Below are positions 50,486 to 63,300 of a stretch of DNA of 64,000 bases, piece after piece. The stretch lies in contig NC_082708.1 in the NCBI RefSeq assembly GCF_030144855.1, positions 143,530,001 to 143,594,000 on the forward strand, in the 5' to 3' direction. Position 1 is the stretch's first letter, and the number at the start of each line of letters is the position of its first letter. The notes under the pieces are model-generated. The model had not been told where the DNA came from. It ran no database searches and worked only from the letters and a program-made list of their open reading frames with translations. A program made the translations under genes and the position numbers. The DNA comes from Hypanus sabinus (Eukaryota).

Positions 50486-51784
50486 TTCCCGAGGACCAGT
50501 TACTTTTAGAGAATAGTGTTTGGAAACATAACATGCATTCATCATTAGCCCGAACATTTGTAGCCTGACCCAAAGGGTCATGACAGTGGGTCATCTTTCT
50601 CTGATCTTTATCTGTAGGAAAAGGAACCTCCATAATTGATATGAATCTTGAGAGATAAGTGGGAACTTCCTCTTTTTCAATACATTTAATGCAACTCACA
50701 GTATATAAAATGGAAGAGATACATAATATGTTTACAAAGTCCTTTTTGCCTCTATTCTGAAGTTAATAACAACTGTAAAGAAAATATTTTGTGGCTTGTA
50801 TATTTATCAAAATTCTTACTAGATTTCCCCCACTGAAGTTATAGCGGAAAAGCTGTGGAATTTCTGCTGCTCTGAAAAATATGATGAATCACAAAGTTCA
50901 TCTCTCTTTGGAAGCAAAGCAGGTTCTCAGAACAAAACTTGTAAACTTTGATGGGAAGAATTATTTTTGCAAACGAGTCATTTAAATAGATCTACATGCC
51001 AGGCCGCAAATTATACACAAGAAAATACCCAATCAGCAGAACAATCTGAGCTTATACTTATACCATTCCTGCCTAAAATTATGTCTTCATCATTTTTGCT
51101 GCAGGGAGTTAGTGGAAAGTGGTGCGAAAATAACCAACTACTGGAAATCTGCAATTAAAGCAGAAAATTCTGCCCATACATCTGCAAAGTGAAGAGCAGC
51201 ATTAATGTTTCAGGTGAATAAACATTCATCATAATTTTCTGTTTTTCGAAACTAGTCATTGGTGATTAAAGGAGTATGATATTTCACTTCAGCGATCACC
51301 TATTTTTGTCAAAGTACAGGAACCACTCCAAAGAAAAATAACACATACATATCCAGAAATAGTCTAATAAAGAATAAGCAAAGGGAAGATACTGCTAGTC
51401 TCATAACTCCTTTTGATTCTTCAGCAGCATTGCAGATAAAGTCAAGGAGCGATGAAATAATTTGTCCTCGTCAATAGTTTTTTGACTAGATTCTACACGA
51501 TAGATTTCTTATTCAACTGAAAGACGTATTGGATATAAAGTTGTTTGAAGCAGTCAGCACTAGAGTATATCTATGAACTGGACGTGGTATTCATTGAGTC
51601 CTAAAGATTTGTAATTTTACTGTTTCCACAAATCATATGGTTACAGAAATCAAATAGTAGAAAATCAATGTTGGAAATTACTAAAACTGGGAAAGCAGTA
51701 GATATGAGGAAGAACTTTTTGAATCACTTGTATTATTTCAGTAAGTAACGTGCAAAATAAGTACTCAAGTAAGTGCCTCATGGA

Positions 51785-53300
51785 GACACAAGAGACTGCA
51801 GATTCTGGAATCTGGAACAACACTGAAAAAGTGCTGGCTTAGCCGATCAGTTAACAACTATGGAGTACAGACAAAGTCTCTCGGCCCAAAAAGTAGACTA
51901 TCCATTTCTCTCCACAGTTGCTGCCTAACCCAAAAAGGAAAGAAAAGGCAGCATGATTTGTGGCTAAAAGTGTCAGCAATTGATTTCCTTGTTTTCTCTC
52001 CACTATCTGGATTCCATTTGGAGCAAACATATGAACTGTCAATTATCCAACACTAGTCTACCTGTTGATGGACAAATGTCACTCCCACTCTGCCCTGTCT
52101 GTCTCAGGTTTCTGCACTGAGGTCTCGTCTTCCACCTGGGCACTTTGCAGCCTTCCAGACTCAGAAATGAATTCTCCAACTGTTTCTTTCTTTCTGCATC
52201 AGAGGTAACCATTTCTGCTTATCATCATGCTGTCATGGTCCTGACCATTAATTCCCCATTTTCTCCTAATTCCTTTTGATTGTGATACACCTGGTTCTCA
52301 TCAAGACCTGCAGCATAAAACTCCAGCTTTGCATCCACTCATTGCCAGATCCTTGTTTTAGCCAGTGTGGTGATTAACATTCCTGGCCTCTTAGGATTGT
52401 GTATTCTAAGTTTTACTTCAGTACCAAGGTTTACCTGTGTAAATCTGTCTCTCCTTGTCAAGAAAAGTATTGTCTACCACTTGCCCTTCTACACTCTGTG
52501 TCAAGATAGGTTTTGCTTGCCGCCAGTCTCCTGTCTGCCATTCAGTGCAGTAACACCCTGTGTCAAGATAAGTTCTGCCTGCCTCCAGCTTTCCTGTTCA
52601 CCCTCCTGTTTGCGGTTCGGCTCCAGCCACTCTCACACCCTCGTCTGCATCCTAACTCAATCTTCATGCCAGTGTCCTGCGTTTGGGTTGGCCCCTTTCT
52701 TTGCAACACATTTTAGCTCAGTTTTTCTTTCTCTACCAGTATAATTTGATTTGTTGGCAAGTCCCTTCACCTTAGTATTAGTAACTCAATGCACAGACAA
52801 AGAAGTGCGCTTCTAAGTGCCAGTCTTCTGCTACATTGATTTATTTGATCTTACTCTATTGGAGATAGTCCTTTCTTTCTACTCAATATTGTCCCAGCAG
52901 CTCTGCTACTTAACACCAATCTGTTACCTCTCTCTCCCAGATCTGAAGAGTGGTGTTGGACCCGAAATGGTAACCATTCCTCTTACCATGCATGCTGCCT
53001 GAGACTTTGTGGAGTTTTATGTTTTTATACCCAACCAACTAGAGCCTTCCTCTATTTGAATGGATCAACATACTGAGGCAAGAATCTGTGCCTAGAAACA
53101 GGAGCAAGAGTGAGTTTTTAAAGACTTTAATTTTTCTGTCTGTCAAGAAGAGACTCATCAAAAAAATATGCTGTAATCTTAAATCCTCACCCTCCTGTTT
53201 TCTCTCTTTCCTTCTTGAAGTCATTCGCCTTTGCTGGGTTCTGAACCTGTGAAATAAAACAGAAAGTACTAGCAGACTACGCTCACATGCTCTGAGCATG
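51785..53300. mobile_element. Penelope-like remnants (end of ORF and terminal repeats)
   Basis: FHLGTLQPSRLRNEFSN at ~52130-52180 resembles the C-terminus after the GIY-YIG domain; hammerhead-like CTGAAGA..GAAA at 52943-52967. Confidence 0.55.
52231..52710 (+). mobile_element. Probable Gypsy solo LTR with internal tandem repeats
   Basis: TGTCATGG start, cctgcgtttggg...CA end, repeated ctgtgtcaagata(g/a)gtt.tgc unit; TSD unclear. Confidence 0.5.
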
Positions 53301-53629
53301 ATCCTGATCTCCTTCGCACCTGTGCACAGATATTTCCATATGGATATTAATGGGGCATATCTTCTGAAGGTTTATAATTGTTGTGTTCTTTGTACCTATT
53401 GTGGGTTACTAAGAACACACCATATTCTGGAAGAATTAAAACTAGAACTTTTAATTAGAATCAAACAGCAACCACGCTTAACACACAAGCTTCTAGATCA
53501 TTCTGTCTGTTCTGCACATGCTCACAACTCGGTCCAATCACGTTCTGACACGTGACACATGATATCACCACATCTTCCTTTCCTTAAAATGAAAACAATT
53601 AACAACATTAATCAAAACCAATACATAAT

Positions 53630-55073
53630 TTAACATGTCTCTATCAGTCTCTCTGGGGGCTTACAAACACGAGTAGACCTTCTAAGTTGTTCACACAGTT
53701 CTTCTGTTTTGTTGTTATTTTCATGTTTTGTTTGGTCTGTGTCAGTTAGTGGAAACTCTGAAGTTGGCTCTTTCTTCAGGTCTTTGCGATTTCTTCTTAA
53801 CACTGCTCCTTCTTCTGTTTGGACCATGTATGATCTGGGTTGTGCTTCGTCAAGTACTGTAGCTTTCTGTGACCATGTGTTCACTTTGTCCTGTATCCTG
53901 ACTTCATCTCCTTGGTGCAGTTCAAGTAAAGGACGAGAACATCTGTCAAAGTATGTTTTCTGCTTTGCTTTGTGTTCATCTTTCCATCTTTTCACTTGTT
54001 CACCTTCCTCTGTTCTTGGGAGGCTCTCATCAGTTGACAGATTGGATCTCAAACGGCATCTCATCAAGAGCTGAGCAAGTGAAAATTCACATTCAAGTGG
54101 AGTACTATGGTAGGCTAACAAAACTTTATAAGAATCGCCTCCACTATCTTTTGCTTTGTGCATCAGCTTCTTGATAATTCCTACCGACTTCTCAACTAAT
54201 CCATTGGACTGAGGGGAAAATGGACTAGATGTTGTATGAACAAAGCCCCTTTCATGAGCAAAATGTCTCATGCATTCACCATTGAATTGTGGACCATTGT
54301 CTGTGAAAACTTCATCAGGTACACCATGTCTGGAAAAAACTGATTTCATACATGTAATTACATTCTCTGCAGTTGTTCTCCTCAGACCACACACTTCAGG
54401 ATACAATGAGTAGTAATCTGTTATTAATAGATAACCTTTGTTGTCAGTTACAAACAGATCAATGCCTACCTTGTGATAAGGTCTCTGAGGACTAGAATGT
54501 GGATGCAGTGGCTCCTTAGGGTTGCTACGTCAGTATTTAAGGCATATTCGACAAGAAGACACCAATTCTGCAATTTCTTGATTCATCCTGGGCCAAAACA
54601 TCACTTCCCGCGCCCTTCTCTTACCCTTTTCAATACTTAGGTGACCTTCCTGAATTTTCCCAAGCATTTCTTTTTGGAGACTTTTAGGAATCAAAATTCT
54701 GCTACCTTTGTACAATATCCCATCCAGAACAGACAGTTCTGATCTGTGGTTCCAATAGTCTTGTACTTCTGAGGTACAGTCATGCCTATTATCTGGCCAT
54801 CCATCCATCACCACTTGTATTACCTGACTGAAAATTCTGTCCTTCTCTGTCTCAAGACGCAGCAGTTCCAACTTTTTGGGAGCAACAGGTACAGTTTCTA
54901 TGACCATATCAATAAATACCTGAACATCAATAACGTTCCTGTGACTGTCTTTTGTTATTGGATCCACAGGTCTGGAAAGTGTGTCAGCCATGTTAATGAA
55001 TTTTCCAGGTATGGATAACACATTCAATGCATATCTTTGCAATTTGATCATCATTTGCTGAATTTGCAAATGA
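53630..55073 (-). pseudogene. pol: Integrase and connection region of the Mag-like element
   Basis: [42 protein letters not shown]; stops present. Confidence 0.9.
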
Positions 55074-55082
55074 CAGTCGCTT

Positions 55083-55678
55083 TGGTGGTGGCATCCGTTA
55101 GTTTTGCGAGACCATGAATCTGCACCTGGAAGGTTTCCAGGGCACAGGTCTGGGCAAGGTTTTATGGAAGATCAGCAGTTGTCCATGCAGCAAGTCTCCC
55201 CTCTCCATGACAGCGATGTTGTCCAAGGGAAGGGCAAGGGCCGATACAGCTTGGCACCAGTGTCTTTGTAGCAGTTGCTAGAGCGAAGTTGAAGACAACG
55301 TCGGACTGCGTTAGGGACTCCAGCTCCAGATTTGTCCTCAGGGTTTACTCCCGAAGCCTTTCCTATAAGTAGGTATGGCCGCAAGGCAGCGAAGGTTTGA
55401 AATCAGAGTTTTCCCTCTCTTAGATTGACTGCCTTCCCAGGCTGATGAGCTCCATCTACCTGAAGCACTGGTTTTAAGGCACCAGGACCTGCCTTCAACC
55501 CTTCTCCTGTCAGTAGAAACAGTTCTGCCGGGCTTAGAGGCTAAGCCATACAGGAAGGCCAGGAGTTGGACTTGGTTGACAGAGGCTATTTGAGTCGCAT
55601 GCCGTGAGGAGCACTTTTAGGTAGTGGGAGCTTATCCCCACTACCACTCCTTGGCTTGACAACCTTAGGAACCAACAC
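55083..55678 (-). mobile_element. Non-autonomous RTE-like retroposon (~600 bp) inserted in RNase H
   Basis: 9-bp TSD CAGTCGCTT/CAGTCACTT; minus-strand 3' end ...ggtctcgcaaaactaacggatgCCACCACCA; the body resembles RTE 5' UTRs (recalled, not searched). Confidence 0.6.
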
Positions 55679-55800
55679 CAGTCACTTAAAGGTCTGTTAA
55701 ACAATGTAATCAAAGGCTTATGATCGGTTTCCACATCAATAGATTGCCCTGACGCAAACTGATGAAATCTCTCTCAAGCAAACAGAATACTGAGCAATTC

Positions 55801-56262
55801 TTTTTTTTGTAATTTATTTTTTATTGAAGTTCATCATCAAACAAACATTTCCATAAGATGTATTGCAGACATTGTACATATATATCATATAATCATATAT
55901 ATCACAACTCTCCACAAAGTATTTATCTGAGGTATACACTTATAGAAAAGAGTGGAAAGAAAAAACAAGCAAAAGGAAAAAAATATGTACAAGTAGGGAG
56001 TGATTTTTTTTTACAACATATTCATTGATTTGTGAGAATAAAATCAGGCCTATGAGGCATTATGTAGTTAAACCATTTTTCCCAGAATGAATCAAATTGT
56101 TCCAGCTTATGATTAACAGATGCTGTTATCTTCTCCATTTTGTAAATCTCCATTGTAATTTCCATCCATGTATTTAAAGTTGGGCTCTCCTGTGATAACC
56201 ATTTCCTAGTAAGAGTCTTTTTACCAGCCACCGACAGTATATTCATTAAATGTTTATCTCTT
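55801..56262 (-). mobile_element. 5'-truncated L1-clade LINE 3' end with poly(A)
   Basis: ORF2 C-terminus AGKKTLTRKWLSQESPTLNTW...MEKIT...FDSFWEKW, then AATAAA and a poly(A) tail. Confidence 0.85.
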
Positions 56263-56480
56263 ACCTTGTTTCTGGATTGGATAATGCACGAGATGCATAT
56301 GCCATTGGTAGTGATTCCTGATCATGTTTTTGGAGTATTACTGCCCCTAAGCCTGCTTGAGATGGATCTCTCAGCATCATAGAATTTCAACACAGCTTCT
56401 TTAGTGAGCACTTTCTTGAGATTTTGCCATACCTTCTCCTGTTCATGATTCCAGCTCCATTTGTTTTTCTTTTCTGTTAG

Positions 56481-57722
56481 CTACGTCAATGGAGAAAGCT
56501 GTTCTGAAAGATTGGATATGAATTTTCCCATGTAGTTGACCATTCCCATAAACCTTTGTACATCCTTTTTATATTGCAGTCTTGGCATGTTCTCAATAGG
56601 AGAAACCTTCAATGGCACAGGACACACACCCTCTTTGCTGATGATATCACCCACAGAAGTAGGTTCAGTCACTCCTAGCTGACATTTGTCCTTATTCAAT
56701 TTCAGGTTTGCCTTGCGTGTTGCCTCAAAGACTTGTCTAAGTCTGGCATCATGCTCTTGTTTAGATGATCCCCAAACAATAATATCATCCATGGAAGTAT
56801 CTACGCCCTCAATGCGCTCATATAGCATGTGGATGGTTTTATGGAACACTTCAGGAGCTGATGCAATTCCAAATGGAAGCCTGAGAAAATGATATCTGGC
56901 AAAAGGAGTGTTAAAGGTACACAACTGTGAACTCGGTTCATCTAGTTTAAGTTGCCAGAATCCAGAGGATTCATCTAATTTAAAGTACTTTGCATTAACA
57001 AACTGTGACATAATTTCTTCACGAGTCGGCAATTTGAAATGCTCTCTTTTAATGGCTCGATTCAAGTCTCTTGGATCTAAGCAAATCCTCAGTTTTCCAT
57101 TTTTCTTATCAACAATAACAAGCGAATTGACGCATTCAGTCGGTTCATCAGCCTTTTGTATGACTCCTAACCGTTCCATTCGGTCAAGCTCTGTTTTCAG
57201 TTGATCACATAATGCAAAAGGTACTTTTCTACATGAATATACTATAGGTTGCACTGTGTTGTCAGTTTTAATCGAGTGCTCTCCTGGAAGACAAACAAGC
57301 GCTTTGAACAAGTCCTCATACTCTTTCATCAAGTCACTGTATTCTGACTCTGTGTCACTGTCCAGGACTAATATGCTTTTCACCAATTTCAGTCTCTCAC
57401 AGGCAGATAAATCCAATATTGACTGTACATACTTAGGCACGACCACAAATGAAAGTATGTGCTCCATATTTTTGTGTGATACTTTTGCCACACATGTTCC
57501 TTTAACTGGAATGTCTGCACCTGAATACCCAGTCACTTTTACATTTGTCTGATGTAACTTTGGTCTTGGCTTTAATGCATTAAGCTCAGATTCTGCAAAA
57601 ACATTTATTTGTGCTCCAGTATCCAGTTTAAACAGAATATTGTTTTGATTCACTTGCAGTGGAATACTCCAGTCATTCTTACTTCGTTTATTTTTACAAA
57701 GCTCATCCATATAAAACTCCAC
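56481..57722 (-). pseudogene. pol: Protease and RT of the Mag-like element (413-codon open stretch)
   Basis: FKLDTGAQ, LRICLDPRDLNRAI, RLPFGIASAPEVF, SMDD. Confidence 0.92.
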
Positions 57723-58518
57723 AAGTTAATTTTCAAGCACTGCGTTTACTTGTTTTATGTTGTTTCTACTTCTGCAACAGCGTGAAAAATTATTACTCTT
57801 ACCACAGTGATTGCACATTTTTCCATACACTGGACACCTTTTAGGTTGGTGCACCCACCCACAGTGATCACAAAGATTTTCTTTCAGATGACGTCTTGCT
57901 CTCTGTCGGTTTCATTGCCGTTTCATTTTCTCTTCTAACATGTTTGCAGTTATTCACAGCGTGTACGCTGCAGTTCTCAATAAAAAGCTCTTTAGCATGC
58001 GACCTTACGGACTCCGAAGCTTTGCAGAGAATCAAAGCATTTTCCAAATTTACATCTGGTTATCTTAAGAGTCATTCTCTCAGAGCATTATCCAGAATGC
58101 CGCAAACAATTCTGTCTTTAACGAGAGAGTCTGTCAACTCTGCAAAATCACAAGTTTTACAGTGGTTTCTCAATTCCATAACAAATTGATCAATTGTTTG
58201 ACCAGTTTTCTGCTTGCATGTAAAGAGTTTGTACCATTCATACGTCACATTGCACTTCGTTATACAAAATGCTTCAAACTTGTCGATTATCGCTTTTAGA
58301 TTCAAATGATCTCCATCCTCAAAAGTAAAATGGTTATATACCTCATTAGCGTCATCCCCAATCAGAATTGTAGTAGAATTGTAGCCTTTCGTTTTCTCCG
58401 TTTTATTATCCCCTCCGATTGCCAATAAATAAATTTCAAAATGCTGTTTAAACCTTTTCCAGTCTTCAGCTACATTTCCAGTCAGCTGAAGTGTCGATGG
58501 GGACTGCAGAATTTCCAT
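57723..58518 (-). pseudogene. gag: gag of the Mag-like element
   Basis: LQLTGNVAEDWKRFKQHFEIY...LRNHCKTCDF..DRIVCGI; CCHC remnants at ~57780-57875. Confidence 0.88.
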
Positions 58519-58618
58519 TCTTAAAGCCGTTAGCAGACAACAAAAATGTTTGTGCTCTTTTTTTTTTGATTATATTCACTTCTCCTGTGTTAGTGAAACA
58601 AATTATTCTTCCAAACCG

Positions 58619-58631
58619 ACTTCTGACACCA
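58619..58631 (-). promoter_or_regulatory. Primer-binding site, tRNA-Leu
   Basis: TGGTGTCAGAAGT directly after the 5' LTR. Confidence 0.85.
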
Positions 58632-60574
58632 TGTTGTGTTCTTAGTATGTACCGTGGGTTACTAAGAACAAACCATGTTCTGGAAGAATTTAAACTAGAA
58701 CTTTTATTTAACAGCAAGCAGCAACCACATTTAACACACAAGCTTCTTGATTATTCTGTCCGTTCTGCACATGCCCACAACTCGGTCCAGTCGTGTACTG
58801 ACACGTGACACATGATATCACCACAATAACTACTCCCATATCTGCAGACACTTGGGCTTTTCTCTTTGAAAGATTGCTAATCTGGTTTAGTCTCCTTCCT
58901 GCACTCACTAATAAGCCTGTTTTCAGTCCAGCAGTTTGAGAAACTGAGCTCCTCATGAATCTCAGTTTCCCAGCAGCATGTCCCAAACATTACTTTGTTG
59001 GATGACTGTCTTAATTGAAGCAACTCTTCAATCTGATGTAGGGCAACTAGGTGGCAGGAGTACAGAAAGCTCTGCTATGCCTTGTTTCTTTTGAGAATCT
59101 CTTATCACTATCACTTTATTTGTACAGGACACTGGAATTTAACTCTTGGAGCCTGGGAATATTTAACCAGGTTAACTCACCACCTGGCATTGTCTCTGCG
59201 TTCTGGTACTCAGAGCATAGGACAATAATAATTAAGAGACTTTAATCCTTTCTCGAAAATCCAAAGATCTCAGTTTCTGGAAGTTTTACATTAACAGAGA
59301 AAATACTCAAAACCCTCAGCATATCAAGCAGCATCTGTGCACAGTGAAATAGAGCTCACATTTCAAGGAAAAGACCCTTTAAGTTCTTTGCTACTTTACT
59401 CCTCGAAAGAAATATTCACTAGTAAAAGAATGAAAGTGTGTTCCAGGAAATATTTAAAATGATAATTGCAGAATTTAGATCCAGGAATCCGCAAATTTTT
59501 CTGTGATATCCTGGTGTGGACAGCTTCCTGCAAGAATATTGGCTCTGCCAGAGATCACCCAACTCAGTTATCTGGCAGTTGAACCCTGTGACTTAATTGC
59601 TCTGTATGGTTCAGCACCCCATCAGTCAACGAGTACTTAATAACCAAGTCATTAAAAGATTGATTACTCACTTTCTAATGGATGAAGAAACACGTTAATT
59701 ATGTACAATTAAACTTCAGTTTAAGAATGATTCTAATACCAGATATTTTATGTCGGAGGTTGTTTTTATATATTTTAAATCTCTGTCACTGGTAAGTCAA
59801 GTCTTGTGAAGTGACCTTCTGCTGACACAGAGAGCAAGGATTCAATTTGCATCCCACTAATTTGAATCGTATATTTCTGCTCTGAATTATAGTACATCTT
59901 TCCACGGCAATTTGACAGCTGTAATTTATACTAGATAGTAGTAATCTTGAGGTTAGTGCATATGAGTGAACAGTGTGGGATGATGTCATGCACACATTTT
60001 GAATGACAAGCAATAAACAACCTGAATTACTCTACAGCCCTGGTGGATGAGTAATAATGAATTGAAAGATCAGGGCTTTTGATGAAGTTCTGACTAAGTT
60101 AACATTTTAATACTTTAAGATGAATGTACATTTTAATTTAAAATTACACACTTTAATTTCTTGTGCACAGTCTCAAGTAAACAGAATATGAGAGTGTACC
60201 TGCAGTGATTATAAATGAGGACTTGAATGCAGGGATTACCAGAAAGTTTTAGAGCCTGAATGGGACAAATCCATTTTAGCTATTAAAGCTGCGTTCACAT
60301 AATTATTGAATAATTTCCACAAATAGCTCAGCAGTCTAACTTAAGCCTCCTGAACTGTAAGCCGATCGCTGGGAGAGAACTCCAGGTAATATTTCAACTT
60401 TGAGCAAACTAAGATTTGGTGAGTGATCCTTTGCAGTAAATTACCTCATGTTGGATGGTACCACACTGCCCTTGCTCTCCCACAGGTCCTAGTTTGAACT
60501 CCCTGCTCATGTAGATTTCCCTCCCAATCAAGAATGGTAAGCAAAGAAAGATCAGGCACTCGTACACTAACTTT

Positions 60575-61262
60575 CACAGAATATAGATTACAGAACAATA
60601 CAGCACAGTACAGGCCCTTTAGCCCACGATGTTGTGCCAATCTTTTCACCTACTCTTAAGATTGATGTAAACCTTTCCTCCTCCATAGCCCTCCATTTTT
60701 TCAGCCATTTACCTATCTAAGAATTTTTTAAAAGAAATGTTTCTGACGTATCTGCCTCTTTCACCACCCCTGGTATCACGTTTCACACACTCGCAACATT
60801 CTGTGTAAAACATGTACCTTGAACATTGCCCCATACTTTCCTTCATTCATTTTAAATTATGGTCCCTCATGTTAGCTATTTCTGCCCTGGGAAAAAGTCT
60901 CTGACTATCCACTATCCATTATCATCTTGTACACCTCAATCTAGTCGTCTCTCATCTCCTTTGCTCCAAAGAGTAAAGCATGAGCTCACTCCACCTATCC
61001 TCATAATACAACTCTCTAATACAGATAGCATCCTGGTAAATTTTTTCTGCAACCTCGCAAAAGCTTCTACATCCTTCTTATAATGAGGCAACCAGATCTG
61101 AACACAATATTCCAAGCATGGTCTAACCAGGGTTTTAGACAGACAGACAGACGTACTTTATTGATGCCGAGGGAAATTGGGTATAGAACTGCAACGTAAC
61201 CTCACGGCTCTTGAACTCCATCCCCAGCTAATGAAGGCCAATATTTAATACACCTTCTTAAT
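60575..61262 (-). mobile_element. CR1 3' fragment with a tiny nested LINE 3' end ((AGAC)n at 61137-61155)
   Basis: Same 3' UTR as the copy at 432-1080 (acagcacagtacaggcccttt); LVRPCLEYCVQIW on the minus strand. Confidence 0.8.
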
Positions 61263-61984
61263 CAAACTTCTTTCACAACTTCAAAAATTCATACATCACT
61301 CTATAAACAATTAAAAGCTTTGCAAGCATAGTCACAGTTTGAATACTGGACTGATTCTGCCCCAATCATATTCCACAATTAATAGTGTATCATGGACAAA
61401 ATCAACTATTTCATATTGGTTGAGTGACCAGGTGACAATTTATCTTTCCCAAGCTCTTCAACATAATACATAGGATCTTTTGTACCTACCAACAGGAAGG
61501 ATGTGAGCTGTAGTTAATGGCTGCAATGGAATTTTAATATTTCAAGAACTTCCTCATCACTCCACCCAAGATAAGCCTAAATTTTGTGTTTAATACACTG
61601 CCTTTGGATTTGAACCAATATATTTTTGCTTATAACAAAAGAAATGTTCCATATATTCCAAATAAATACTGCTTCTGTATCATTAAATCCAGGTGCACTT
61701 GGCTGTAAACTAATTCAAGTTTTTTTTACCTTCTGAGAAACAGCTCTTGTTGTATGTAAACATCAAAAATATTACAATTATGCTGCTGCAGCTCTGAAGT
61801 GGCTAGCTCATTTAAATCACTGGCAAGGGATTTGAGGTGGGGTATTTCAGAGCAGAGGTGGAAGATACCGTGGAGTGGGATACCAGTGACCGATAGACAT
61901 TTAGTATTTTATTTTGTTTAGCTACTGTATTTATGGTTGGTTCTCTTCCTGTCTTTTTCCCTTTGAACTAGCCTGTTCAGATAC

Positions 61985-62175
61985 AAAGCAACAACAAAGT
62001 TCTGGAGGAACTCAGTAGGCCGGGCAGCATCTATGGAAAAGAGCAAACAGTTGACGTTTTGGGATGAGACCCTTCAACTGTTTACTCTTATCTATAGATG
62101 CTGCCTGGCCTGCTGAGCTCCTCCTGCATTTTGCGGGTGTTCTTTGGATTTCCAACATTGGCTAACTTTCTCATA
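61985..62175. mobile_element. Penelope-derived inverted-repeat element
   Basis: Arms ggaggaactcagtaggccgggcagcatctat and atagatgctgcctggcctgctgagctcctcc; partial hammerhead gaagggtctcatcccaaaacgtc on the minus strand. Confidence 0.7.
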
Positions 62176-62214
62176 AATGTTTTGATATAACATGATATCA
62201 TAAGAATTTTTGTT

Positions 62215-62490
62215 TTACTTTATTTATTTATTATTAATTTAGAGATTCAGCAAAGTAACAGGTCATCTGGTCCAAACAAGCATACACTGCCCAATTATAC
62301 CCATGTGGCCAATTAATCTACTGACCTGTATCTCTTCCGAATATGGGAGGAAACTGGAGCACTTGAAGGAAACTCTCATGGTCACGGGGAGAACAGACAT
62401 ACTCCTAATAGAGAGCAGGTGGAGTTGAACCCAAGTTGCTAGCATTGTAATATTATTCCACTAACTGATATGCTACTGAGCTGCCCCATG
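62215..62490 (-). mobile_element. V-SINE (HE1-like) copy
   Basis: Reverse complement of the V-domain (gggaggaaactggagcac...gtcacggggagaac); (TTTA)n tail. Confidence 0.75.
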
Positions 62491-62494
62491 GGAG

Positions 62495-63300
62495 CAGGAG
62501 TAAACCACGTGAGCCTTTGATTCATCTGCATCATTGATCAAGATTGTTCTTGATCTTATATTTGGCACTGTCCCCATATCCCCTAGAAGCCCTGAAATCT
62601 ATTGATTTCTGCTTTGAATAAGCATAATTATTGTGTTTGAAGGTTCTTCATCCTCTGAGCAAAGAAATTTCATTTCAGTGTTAAATAGCAAATTCACAAA
62701 CTGCACCTCCTGGTCCAACACTCATTGGTTGGGGGGAACATCCTCCCTGTATGCATCCTATCAAGCACTTGAAGGAATTTTGGGAGTTTTCATGAGATCG
62801 CTTGTCATCCTTCTAGAAAATACAATCCCACTTTACTCAATCTCTCCTCAAAAGGAAACATGTTATCTTTGAAAAAAGTCAAGTGAACATTTGATACACT
62901 TGATCTATGTCTACTACATCTTTCCTTAGTTAAGGAGACCAAACCTGTGCACTACTCCAGATGTGTCTCACAAATGCATTATACAATTGCATTGAGAGTT
63001 CCTTACTCTATTAACAAAGACACAGTACCTTGTGCCTTCCCTTGCTGTGCCAGCGTGCTGACCTACAATGATTTGTATACAAACTCATCTATGTCCCATT
63101 GAACATCAATACCACACAAACTCTTATCATTTAATAAATACCCTACCTTTTTCCTGTGTGCGCCCAAGTAAATGACCTCATATTTTTCACTTTTTAATCT
63201 GTTTGATTTATTCTTGCCCATTCATTCAGTATGTCAATGTCCTTTTGAAGCCTCTTTACATTATCCAATGTCGCATGGTTTTCCTGTGTGACTCCATAGG
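62495..63300 (-). mobile_element. Old CR1 fragment
   Basis: Remnants catctttccttagttaaggagaccaaacctgtgcactactccagatgtgtctcac. Confidence 0.55.

Larger units (their letters stand above)
53379..58825 (-). mobile_element. Full-length decayed Mag-like Gypsy LTR retrotransposon
   Basis: 194-bp LTRs at 53379-53572 and 58632-58825 (~12% diverged), TSD ATAAT/ATAAC, tRNA-Leu PBS, PPT aaggaaaggaaga. Confidence 0.95.

Noticed and set aside
55441-55470. CTGATGAG motif suggesting a plus-strand hammerhead
   Set aside because: No stem II and no GAAA follow, and it is on the opposite strand to the element.
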